From Lobosporangium transversale (lineage: Eukaryota): a DNA stretch of 20,000 nt. The stretch is from the NCBI RefSeq assembly GCF_002105155.1, contig NW_019028994.1, positions 798,201 to 818,200 on the forward strand. The letters are read 5' to 3'. The notes under the pieces were generated by a model. The model searched no databases, was not told where the DNA came from, and was given only the letters and a program-made list of their open reading frames with translations. Positions 1 to 10,895 of this stretch are shown here, piece by piece. Each line of letters starts with the position of its first letter. Positions within the stretch are counted from its first letter, which is position 1. The position numbers and the translations under genes were made by a program.

Positions 1-2
1 CG

Positions 3-2942
3 TTAGAAGATCATCCAGTTCAGGACGACGTCTGGTGCAAGGTATTGAGAAACGGAAAAGAACGCGGCTCTATTCGAATCCGTGCCGCCTTCTTCCCTGT
101 TCAAGTATCGGAGCCATCCCCAGATGGAGGAGAGCCCATCCCTATCGAGTCCAACTCTGGAATTATGACCATTAAATTAGCTCAGGCCAAGGATATTGTC
201 CGTGCTGGCAAGACCAAGTCATTGTGCAAGATTTCACTCAACGGTCGAGTTGTGCATGAGACAAAGAGACTGCATGGCGCCAGCCCTGCTTGGGGATCCG
301 ACGTTGATGTGTTTATCACGGACTTACCAGCTGCTCAAATTACTGCTGAGGTTGTTTCAGAAAACGATGTGATTGGTTCATATAATGTTCCCGCTACTAA
401 GCTGTTGCAAGATACTGACAATAAGGTTGAATGGGCATCTATGACCGGTGGTGAAGGCACTGGTAAGATTAAGATGACTGGAATCTGGAAACCTATCCTC
501 TTGGGCGATGGCCTCAACCCAAGTATCCACAAGCCAGCATTTGGTGTCTTGCGTGTACAGTTGTTTGCTGCACGTGGAGTTCGGAATGTTGAGATTGGAA
601 GCAGCTCTGACCCATATGTCATCATTTATGGAGAGAAAGGCATTAGTCGGGGACGCACCAAGACGATTGAAAACAACTTGAATCCTGTCTGGGGTGAGAT
701 TCACTATGTCCCAGTCAACTCGATGAAGCAAGCACTCGAATTCGAGGTTATGGATTTCCAAAAGGTTACAAAGGATAGATCTCTCTTGGTAAGACATCGT
801 TCCATGTTAGCGAGGTCATTGAGGAGCTTCCTGATAAGGCTGGCTACCAGGCGCGCCCAGCAGTAGATAGATGGGCGCCGATACAACAAAAAGATGGCTC
901 CAACAAGGGTGAACTTCACTACGAAATTTCCTTCTTCCCTTCCCTCAAGGTTGCTCGACAGGCCACAGAGAAAGAACGTACTGCTACACCCCTGAAAGCT
1001 GCTGCAGAGAGAGAAGAGAATGCCGCTGTCGCTGCTGAAGGTGTTGTGCAGCAACAACAACAAGCAGCACCAACCGCAGCTACAGAGAAGTCTTCATCGC
1101 AGGCCCCAGCACAGGCGAATGCTCCTACCACATTGCCACCAGGAACTGTTTCATCAAGTGATGCTTTGGAACATGACTCAGGAATCCTTGTTACTCATCT
1201 GGTTAGCGCTAATCTCAATCGCTCTGGTACCGCCTATTGCGAGTTTTATCTGGATAGTGATTGCTACCAGTACAAGTCTCAAAGCCAGAAAACACGTAAC
1301 CCAAAATGGAATGAGGTTGCGGACATTTTCGTCAAGGAGCTCGAATATGCAAAACTGGTAATCCTGGTCCGAGAAAAGTCTTCAATGGATAATGACGCAG
1401 TTATTGCTGAGTTCTCTAGCAACGTTAGGTCCTTGTTGGAGAATACTCCTTCTGAAGGGCAAGATTTCCCTCTTCTCCATGGAGCAGAACAAAAAGGAAC
1501 TATTCATCTGAGATTCGAATACTTACCCGTACCAATTGAGCTTTTCCCCAAGGAGCGCCTTGATAGTAAGTGAGCATGTATACCTTTCTCTCCTCACTCT
1601 CTTTTCTTTTTCTTTTTTTTCTTTTTTTTTTTTAGGGGTGGCAAACTAAACTGTCTAATATTCGATTGCATTTTACTATCCACTTAGACATGGGCAATTT
1701 GACCATTCATTTGGTTCGAGCTAAAAATCTCCTTTCAGCTGATCGAAGCGGTGCAAGTGATCCTTACTTCATTTTCAGAGTGAATGGCAAGGAAGTGTAC
1801 AAGTCTGAGGTCGTTAAAAAGAACCTCAATCCTGAATATAATGAGACATTTGTCCTACCAATTGTATGTTTATGCCATGCAGTAATTATGATTGTATTTC
1901 ATTCTTTTTATTTATTTATTTATTTTTTTTTTTAATTCTGTGATTTAACAATATCGTTTCAATTTTAATCTAGGCATCCCGCATGGAAGATCAACTATCT
2001 TTCGAAGTCTTCGATTGGAATCAAATAGGCAGTGCAAAGTCGCTAGGTGTGGGGGCTCTTGATATTCGTAACATTCAACTTGTATTACCCAATGAATATA
2101 TAGTTCCTATCTCAAATAAGCATAACCAGGGTGAGGTTCAATTGCGTCTAAAATTCATCCCAGAGTTCCTATCATCAAATAAGCGCAGGAGCGGATTTGG
2201 AGCTACTTTCTTGGGTACCGGCATCGGCCTTGCGGCTCAAGGTGGTCAAGCACTTGGACATGTTGGCATGGCAGGCGTTGGCGCAGTAGCAGGCGGCGTG
2301 GGTGCTGTTGGTCATGGAGTAGGTGCTGGAGTGAATGCTGTTGGCCATGGAGCCATCAAAGGCGTGGGTGCGGTAGGCAGAGGCGTTTTTGGCGGTCTCT
2401 CAGCTGGCGCTTCTGCCGTGGGTCTTCACAAGCGAGCAGACAAGGCAGAATCACATCCTCAAGCAGACGTTGCACATCCCCAAACAGGTGCCGCACCCCC
2501 AGCCGTGGATCCTTATACCACTACTAATCAACCCGGTTTAATCGGGCAGCCTGGCTCTTTGATTATTGAAGTCACTGGGGCTGAAGGTCTAATGGGTGTC
2601 GATAAGAACGGCAAAAGTGATCCGTACGTCAAGGTGTCCGTTGGTGGTAAACAGATCCTCAAGACAAAGGTCATAAAAAACACCGTTTCGCCTGAATGGA
2701 GGGAAGTGACGGATCCTCCTGTAGAAATATCAGGAGGGCCAGCAACATTCCACTTTTCGGTCAAAGACCACAACACTCTTGGAGGCAGCAAGGATCTTGG
2801 CTCTTGTGACGTGTCGTTGTGGGAATATATTTATCCTGCTACGCAAGATCATCCTGCACAATACAAGAAAGAGTTCTCAGTCCCGTTGATTGGGGCAAGT
2901 GGAAAGCTTCATCTTAAATTTGAATTTCATCCGAAGGCATAA
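3..2942 (+). CDS. TCB: Tricalbin / extended-synaptotagmin-like multi-C2-domain protein (ER-plasma membrane tether), 5'-partial, with an apparent frameshift near 780-787
   Basis: The frame is open from base 3. Five complete C2 domains are visible (GIMTIKLAQAKD, GVLRVQLFAARG...SDPYV, GILVTHLVSAN, GNLTIHLVRAKNL..ADRSGASDPYF, GSLIIEVTGAEGL..VDKNGKSDPYV), plus the end of an earlier one. Exons are <3-1565 (frame change at ~780-787), 1688-1863 and 1974-2942. Introns 1566-1687 (GTAAGT..TTAG) and 1864-1973 (GTATGT..CTAG) join in frame (ERLD-N-MGNL; VLPI-ASRMED). Confidence 0.9.
2295..2393 (+). repeat. Three tandem 33-bp (11-aa) Gly/Val/Ala-rich coding repeats in tricalbin
   Basis: Translation reads GVGAVGHGVGA / GVNAVGHGAIK / GVGAVGRGVFG, with degenerate copies on both sides. 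Confidence 0.75.
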
Positions 2943-3026
2943 AAATCGAAAGATAAATAAAATGAAACACCTTCAATATATTTATTTGTAAATACACCGT
3001 CTTTAATCTGATGCTGTGGATGTGAT

Positions 3027-3479
3027 TTAACAACTGGGCGAAAAGTCGCATGATGCGGTCCAAGGCTCTGAACCAGTCATGGTTCCTTCAGCATCTGGCA
3101 AACGGAAGTTGGCGATCTTGAAGGACTGGATCTTGTTGTCGTACTTGCTGGCGAAAGAGGATATCGAGTATGCTGCCTTGTAGGGGATGTTTGTGCTCTT
3201 TCGGAACCAGTCACCGCTACAGGTTTCGCTAGTATAAAGGGTAATGCTGAATTCTTCATTGTTATAATCTTCGTTTCTGAAGTATAAGGAAGAAGCAGCA
3301 TCAGCGGTACGCTTTGCAAGGTAATAGCAGTGCTGATATCTCTCAACAGGGCAGATGGTGCATTTGCCCCCAAAGCCGGAATACTCGTAGAATCGAAGTT
3401 TGTGTGGATTTTGAGCAACGGAGACATGAGCTTGCAGCAACATCATAGCTGCAATGATAACGAGCATTAAGCGGTGCAT
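3027..3479 (-). CDS. Small secreted protein (150 aa, 6 Cys), probable beta/gamma-crystallin-like fold
   Basis: Intronless ATG-TAA ORF. Hydrophobic signal peptide MHRLMLVIIAAMMLLQAHVSVA ends in a V-S-V-A cleavage-like site. Two Greek-key-like motifs: LRFYEYSGFGG...ASSL and ITLYTSETCSG...NKIQSFKI. The fold call is from pattern recognition only. Confidence 0.75.
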   Translation of the reverse strand: MHRLMLVIIAAMMLLQAHVSVAQNPHKLRFYEYSGFGGKCTICPVERYQHCYYLAKRTADAASSLYFRNEDYNNEEFSITLYTSETCSGDWFRKSTNIPYKAAYSISSFASKYDNKIQSFKIANFRLPDAEGTMTGSEPWTASCDFSPSC

Positions 3480-4757
3480 TCTTCTATATTGATCAAGATT
3501 ACAACTTATTGAGTTATTTGCAACATCTTATGGAAAAAAAAAAAAAAAAAAAAAGATGGCTTACGTTAATTTGAGGGGATGCTGGGAATGAGATATAGAA
3601 ACGTGTAAAGAGGAATGAAGAGAGAGACCTTTGAGGGAGAGAGACGCCGGTTTTATACGTTTTTCTTCCCAACAGGGTAAGATTTTAAGGCCATGTCTTT
3701 TCTTTACACAAAGAACGATGTTGTCCCTGGAATGAGGAATGAGGGCGAGGGGAGAGGCAGTATTAAACAAAGGCAATGATTGGACATTCATTCACAGAAC
3801 ATCGTCGCGGAGATTTGAGTCTGCACAACTGCATCATCCAGGTACAACATGTGTATGAATTTTAATAATGCACAGTAGTACAGTACATTTTACAGATAAA
3901 AATGTTTTCCCTCGCCCTCGTCTGTGTTTTTTTTAAAAAAAGTAAACAACAGCCCATGGAATGGTAAAACGGGATTTTTTTTTTTTTTTTTTTTGAACGG
4001 TGCCCAATCTCTGCTTCTACGAGTCGAAGACAATGTCGCCTTTTGAACTAACCAATTCTGCTTGAAAAACTCAACCATAGTATATATACACTCCCTCTTA
4101 CTTTATCACCTATCGAACTAGTCATCATGCCTTCAAAGCAGCAAATTAGCAATAGGACTTTATACACAAGGATCAAGCGCCAGTGACATGTTTGATGACA
4201 TTGAACGTATAACAGACCCTGGTAAGGGTCCCCCAACACAAGGACATGCAGGTCATTATTTTGCTTTGTTTACAAAATTGTACATTTATATATATTTGTA
4301 TGACAATTTTAATGCTTTATTTAAACGAACAATGAAAAAACAGAGCAATTACCATTACTTCGATACAAAAGAAACAGAGAATCTCCTGATATAATCATGT
4401 CTCAGTAGGAAATAGGAAAATATTTGTACAATAATGCTAGTTACCCCTCCTTTCCGAGCTGAATGATATTTAAGACATGCAAGTGTTGAAGTCCCAGAAT
4501 CCTCCTGAGCTAGAGACGGAAAGGACAACCGCGATCCGGTGGCTTCAGTTGTGCTTTAAATACACAGTCAACAATCGAATAAAAGATTCTCTCCAAGCAA
4601 TCAGCTGAATTGTAGATGTCATACGTAGACAGAACTCATATTCCCGCTTTATTTTATCTAAAAAGCGTGTATATTACATTCTATCTTTTTTGATTTATCA
4701 ACAAGCACACCTTTCATTTTATTTTATATTCTAAGTGGCGCCCTGTTGGCTGATCCC

Positions 4758-7700
4758 TTAGTTGCGAGGCTTGCATGAAATGATATGCGCATAGCTGCAT
4801 TCATTGCACATACTATATTTGAAGCGGTAGTCTCTGATCGACCTGCTTGGTGTTGTCATTGTTGGCAATGGCACTCCAGTCAAAGGCTTCATCCCTAAGC
4901 CTGTCTCTACTGATGCAACTTGATGAAGATCCGCTTGACTAGAGACTGCTTTAGACGTCATTAATGGTGTCGCTAAAATATGCTTGGGTCCCTCGTGAAT
5001 GGCCAAAGGGCGAGACTGCTTGTTTATAGCTCCACGCTGCTCCAAAAGCTTCCTGTTGGTTTCACTTAACTTATCTACGCCATGAATACATGTATTGCTC
5101 GCATTTAGGGCTGTTTGTCCGGTACGCCACCTCAAGAGATATTGATATTGGCCACCATCTTGCACAATCTGCCACTTCCGAATAGAATTATCAGCACACA
5201 CTGTCACTAGAAAGTAGCCTTCATCAGAGACATTCCATTTAAGCATTCTAGCTTGTTCAGTTACGTATGGGATTACAATCAAACATTGGCCTGACTCTGG
5301 ATCCCACACTCGCACCGTCCTATCTCCACTGGCCGAGGCAAAATACTTTCCATCGGATGAATAAGCCATATCATTGGGTCCGTGGATATGTCCTTCAAAC
5401 TTATGCAGTATTGACCCTGAGTCTATGTCCACCACACTGATCAGCCCCTCCATTATTCCAATAGCCATATGTTGACTACATGGCGAAAATGTCAAGCCTG
5501 CTGAAGGACTATCAAACTCTATTTCATAACAAAGCTCACCCGTTTCTGCGTCCCATATTCGAAAGATGCCACTGTATACGCCGTGATTCAAAACCAACTT
5601 TCGACTGTCAGGTGAATACATAGGACGGAAAGATTCTATCGTAATCTCGTACTGAAGGGCTCCTGTTTGGGCTGTCCATACTCTGAGAATATAATTATCA
5701 TACGAAGCAATCTGGCGGCCGTTGGGCGAGAATACTACATGCTCCACACGTTTATCATGGCTCTGTAGAGTGCGGATGAGCTCTCCTGTCTGTGTGTCCC
5801 ACATAGTTACTTTTCCATTGAAATGACCACAGATCATTTGGCGGCTAGTAGCAGAGAAATCCAAGGAGTAGACGACATCACCTTGTTCACCTTGTACTTC
5901 CAAGGTACGGATGATTTGGCCTGATTGAGCATCCCAGAGATAGACGCGTAGGCTCTCGTGATAAGAAGCAAGCAACTGACTATCAGGCGAATACTTGATG
6001 TAGGATGCGTTTCCATCGGGGCTTTGTAAAACATAAATAGGTTGTCCTGTCCGTGCATCATCCACATGCATTCCATCTCCGCTGAATGAAGTTATCTGCT
6101 GACCATCTGGCGAGATTCCAGTTCTTCTGGACGATTTCGGATGGCTATGCAAAGCATAAGTGGAGTGTTGCGGCTGAGAATCCCAGAGGCGTACTGTTCC
6201 GTCTCTGCTGAAGGATGCAACCTGATGGCCACTTGGAGAATATGCCACACGGTATATTAGATTAGAGTGTCCATAGAAGATATTCATTAGCTGTGCCGAT
6301 TTGACGTCCCAAAGGCGAACTGTAGTGTCCCAACTGCAAGTGGCTATTTGTTCTCCATTTGGTGAGTATTTTACATCCTGGATTGAGCTAGAGTGTCCTT
6401 CAAGGGTATGTATGGTTTGCCTTGTTTGCATATTTCGCAGGAATACCTTGAATGAGGTAAACGAAGCAGCGAATTTTCCATCAGGCGAATACTGAATGCC
6501 ACAAACACGCTTATCATGCTCCAGTTCACACAGCTTTTGACCAGATCTAGCATCCCACACAGGCAGTGAAAGATATTGGTCACAACAAGTTACGATTTCC
6601 TGACTATTAGGTGAGTACACAATTTGGTCAATTCTAAACTCGCCCATCAGCGCCTTCAGCTGCTGCCCAGATGTTGCATCCCACAGTCGTATTATCGCAT
6701 CATTTCCACCAGTTGCAATTTGCTTTCCATCAGGTGAATACGCCACACTTCTCACTGCATCAGTATGGCCCTCTAACATGTGTTTGAGCACGCCTGACTG
6801 GGTGTCCCAAACTCGCACTGAGGCATCTTCGCTAGCTGAGGCAAGATCGTTTCCATTAGGTGAGTACTCTGCACACAAGACAGGGCGTGTATGGCCCTCC
6901 AATCTGTGAACCAATGCTCCTGATGTTGTATCCAAAATTAAAATTGCATACGGATAGCGGCCCCAGGAGGCGACATGTTGACTGTTTGGTGAGTATACAA
7001 AGCGATAGCCTGACCCATCATGCTTTAAAGTCAAAAGCTTTTCCCATGTTGATGTGTCATAAATGTTAATTGCATACGCGGTTGATTCATCTTCAATAAC
7101 TGCAGCGAGCGTCTTGCCATTAGGCGAGTACGATCCTCTATATACTTCACCGCTTACTTCGAGAAGTGGCCATTCACCGAATTGTACGCCTGCCATCTTT
7201 GCTTCACTCAAGTCCGCTTCACGAAGCCAACAGTTCCGTAAGTTGACCTTCCTCAGATCTGCTCCTTGCAACTGAGCATATTCGAAGACACCATGACTGA
7301 GGTCTGCCCCTGGAATCTGGATTCCTCGTAAGTCTGCATCGATAAACGACTCGCCTGCTCGGATCAAGATTGTCATTGCATTGGCTGCTGCTATTCGCCA
7401 CATATCATCGCCCTTTGAGAGCTCCAAATATGTACACAGCTGCTGTTTGAACATCGGCTCAAGACGAACACGATCCTCTAGGAACTGAAGGATGGATGGC
7501 TCATCTACAAAACTTCTCCATACTAAAGGTGATGTCTCATCGGCTTTAACTAGGTCTACTTCTTGTTCACTCTCTTTGATGTCCATATCTTCGAAACTGA
7601 ACACCGAGCTAATACTCTGTCGACGAGAAAGCGATGTAGTTGCCTTTGCTTCTTCTTCGCTTGTAAAATCAGTAGTTGCTGGCTGCGGCTCAAATATCGC

Positions 7701-10700
7701 TCGTACTAGACTATATTCCAGAATAGATCGATGGAGGAATCGATGTTGAATGCCTGTACGAGTGAGTGGTGAAGCCTCACGCAACAGGTTGCTTCTATTC
7801 TCTTTGCTGAAATACGCTTCTTTCCATGTACCCTTGTCCTTAAATGGCGAATACTCCACCACAGGGTTGCCATCTTGATGCCTATAGATTGCTATAGCCA
7901 GCTCCGTCAAGTACTTGATTCCATTCTGTGCAAACCCTTCATCTGTAAATATCCGGAACATCTTTCTATCTTCCGGCCTTAGTGTCTCGCCTAATCGCTT
8001 CTTGCCTCGTTCGAGCCACAGCTCAACGAACTGATCATATAGTGTGATTCGCTTGATCTTGGTGCTAGAAATGTTGCAGCTTGGATCCACCATCCGTGGA
8101 AGTACTTCTAACGACATCGATAGAATGAAAGGGTTCTTCACAAGGTCTTGTAGACTAGGAACCATTTTGAGTGCACGTCGATAGTCATCTACACGCCACA
8201 GTGGATCCACGACTGTAACATATTGTTCGATATAGTCATCGATCTGAGTTTCATTAAATGGCATAATCACAGCTTCTTGAAATAATCCGGCATCTGCTTG
8301 GTGATTGCGGTCCATAGGTTGGAAGCGATCTCGATAGTCTAATCCAAGATACTCGCTGCGACAACTAATCACCATCTGAGCTTCCCACTCTCCAGGCTGG
8401 TTCAATCGATTGGCAACATACAAATTGCTGGTCTGCAAGCTCTCGTCATACCCATCACAGATCAAGATGAAGGGCCGATTCATCTTCAGTTCCTTGATCT
8501 GTGAGTCTGTAAAGCCATAATCTCGCAACTGCTTTGCAACCAAATCCTTCTCTGGCTTGTCGATGGCTGGAAGGTTGATAAACAGTGGAATCCGGCCATG
8601 TCTACTTTGGCATGTATCCCAGAGTGTACGTTCCAGCGCACGGTTGAATGTCGACTTGCCTGCCCCTGAATCCCCTTGGACGAGTAACACTTTGCGGTCG
8701 CTGTCCAAGAACTCTTTTACTTTGTCCATCAGTAAGAACAACTTAGTATCGCTTGCTTGAGGACTTGCTTTGGCGTACTGTTGAATGTAGAATCCTTGGT
8801 TGTTTTCAGCTTCTACCCGTCGTCTTTTTAGTTGACGCAGGCTGTTTTCGACATCGGGCTTCTTCTGTACACGATCAAGTAAATGTGAAGATGTAGACAG
8901 AGGGAGTGTGAAAGTGAAAGGGTGCTGGATCATTGGCTCTTGAAGACAGCTCCTGTACACCTCTTGTTTCTCGAGGCTCCCATGTTTCTCTAGATCATCC
9001 AAGAGGGTACCTATGGCTGGAAAGAAAAGGACATGTGTAAGGGATAAATGGACTAGCTATAATATGCTGAGTATTAACAGCATCCAAACACATCTACAGA
9101 AAAGAGAAGGATACATACCTTGTAGCCCCAGTGGCAATGAAGACAGTTTCCTAAGGATATGAATGATCCATTGCTTGACATGTACATGGCTGCCCCACTC
9201 CTGATCATTCATGTAGATCTCTCCAAGGAATGTGATGGCATCCTGCCTAGCATCCATGCTCCACTGTGCATCAGCTGCAATCTGTCCCAGCCTTTGACAT
9301 AGTCCCCATTGGAATACTGCATCATTTCGACAAGATGCTTCACACACAAGAGTCTTGAACTTGATCAGCTCGCCTGTCTGGAGTAGTGCATCAGCTACAC
9401 GTAGTGCTGGATACCACGCAGACCTGCGACTAAAAATAAGTCCCTCTTCCATACATTGTTTGAAAGTTGCTCCACTCTCATATAATGAGGTTGAATCCTT
9501 GTACACTTGCAGACTCAGGTCCATAATATCTATTACGGAAGGAAGCTCTTTCTGGATGTTGCTTATCTCATCCATGAACACTTTCATATTCACGTCTTTG
9601 ACTGCACTCACCACTCCAAACACTCCTCGGAGCACTACTGATGTCCGTCGAAGCATGGATTGCATTGTCGTTTCATCATCTGGGATATATAGTAGAGCTT
9701 GGAAAGCATAAGCTGCTTGATAGACCAGATGAGGATCTGGGCTTTCTTTCAGCTGTTTGAGGTATGCTGCAAGTGGCTCATGGAGTTGACCTCGCTTCAG
9801 GCCTTTAATCTGATTATTGACCATAGCATCCAGGACATGTGAGACTGTAGCAGACATGCGATAGAGATGGTCACCGGATTGCCCATGTGTGACTCGTAGA
9901 CGAGAATTAAGAGCATTGAGGATTGATACCAGATCATCTGAGTCAAGGTATCCAGGTGGAGCACGCTGCATCAACTGAGCCAATCCTTCTAGCAAATGAG
10001 TCTGCAACATGATATTCCGACTGATTCCGTTGATGAAAGCCATGAGCAGTCTCGTGAATAGACCTCGATCGAGGACGGGAGCAAGAGCCACTACTTCGGC
10101 GACTGTAGCCTCAGCCTTGATCTCATCGTTGATGAACATTTCGATCACATCAGATGCCAGTTTACGCAGTCGCTCGTACTCACCTGGATCGTCTGATATG
10201 GTCTGGCACCACTTTTTCTCGTGATCATTGAGATCGGTGGTTGGAGCAGGAGCAGTAGGAACCAAGCTAAGACAGTACACAAGCTGATGGATGTCATTCA
10301 GGTTTGCATCAATTTTCGGTACGCTGTATCTGACGATTGTAGGAGGTCTATTATTGTTGAATATGTTCTTTGAGATAGTCGCAATGGCCTGCACTGGCAG
10401 GGATTGTACTAATTTCACCATCTTACTCAATCTGCCACCATTGACTTCGCTACTTTCTTGCCTTGTGCTGTTGCTGTTGCTGTTGCTGTTGTTGCTGGGA
10501 CTGTTGTTGTTACTGGTATTGCTGCCATTATTGCCATTGCTGTTGTCTCCTTGGATGTATCCCCATTTCTCAGCCTTTTTATCACGTCTTTGAGCAAGGT
10601 TCAAGTGACCCAGCTGTGTAAATAAGCAAGCAAGCTCATGGTAGGCTGAAGCGATATTTTTGCGCAATACTATGTCTCCATTGGAAGTTGAAGAGACTGA

Positions 10701-10895
10701 AGAGGCCGAAGTGAAAGATCTCTTTCCGGGCCGCTGAATTCGAGACAGAACAGAGTCAGCGTCAAGACATAGCTCCATCACTATCTCGTTGTCATCATCT
10801 ATAGTGCGAGCACCTTTTATATAGATATCAAAAAGCCTCAGAGCCTGTGCCGGTGAGAGTATACTTCGTGATGGGGTTTCCATAGAGCCAAACAT
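4758..10895 (-). CDS. NLR-like STAND protein: N-terminal helical/ARM-like region + NACHT NTPase + pentapeptide repeats + ~16 WD40 repeats (~2011 aa)
   Basis: ORFs 9057-10895 and 4758-9002 join through intron 9118..9017 on the minus strand (GTATGT...TTCCAG), giving LGLQ-A-IGTLLDDLEK. Exons are 10895-9119 and 9016-4758 (6036 nt). Walker A is GDSGAGKST (8675-8649) and Walker B is FILICDGYDE. Pentapeptide repeats read ADLRG/ADLSH/AQLQG/ADLRK/ADLSE. WD40 units include LEGHTDAVRSVAYSPDGKQIATGGNDAIIRLWD. Confidence 0.92.
5150..7160 (-). repeat. WD40 repeat array (~16 units of ~42 aa) of the NLR-like gene
   Basis: Recurrent (Y/F)SP(D/N)G/S...W(D) motifs: YSPNG, YSPNS, YSPNG, YSPDG, YSPNS, YSPDG, YSPNG, YSPSG, ISPDG, YSPDS, FSATS, FSPNG, YSPDS, FSPCS, YSSDG, plus a degenerate last unit. 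Confidence 0.85.
7175..7346 (-). repeat. Pentapeptide repeat (A(D/N)LXX) segment between NACHT and WD40
   Basis: Translation FIDADLRGIQIPGADLSHGVFEYAQLQGADLRKVNLRNCWLREADLSEAKMAGVQFG. Confidence 0.85.
10465..10545 (-). repeat. Asn/Ser-rich low-complexity coding repeat (AACAGC/AAC units) in the NLR N-terminus
   Basis: The + strand shows (gctgtt)n/(gtt)n, encoding DNSNGNNGSNTSNNNSPSNNSNSNSNST. Confidence 0.8.

Noticed and set aside
789..810. 22-nt GTAAG...TTAG micro-intron as an explanation of the tricalbin frameshift
   Set aside because: Removing it leads into CGA GGT CAT TGA (stop), so it does not restore the C2 frame.
3561..4394. Short ORFs in the 3.5-4.7 kb intergenic region
   Set aside because: They are short, homopolymer-derived (poly-K/F) and have no recognisable motifs. 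The region looks like promoter and UTR sequence.
5834..10593. Antisense and alternative-frame ORFs overlapping the NLR gene, and similar ones in tricalbin, ILV5, BVMO and NF-X1
   Set aside because: These are shadow ORFs of well-supported genes with no independent domain signal.
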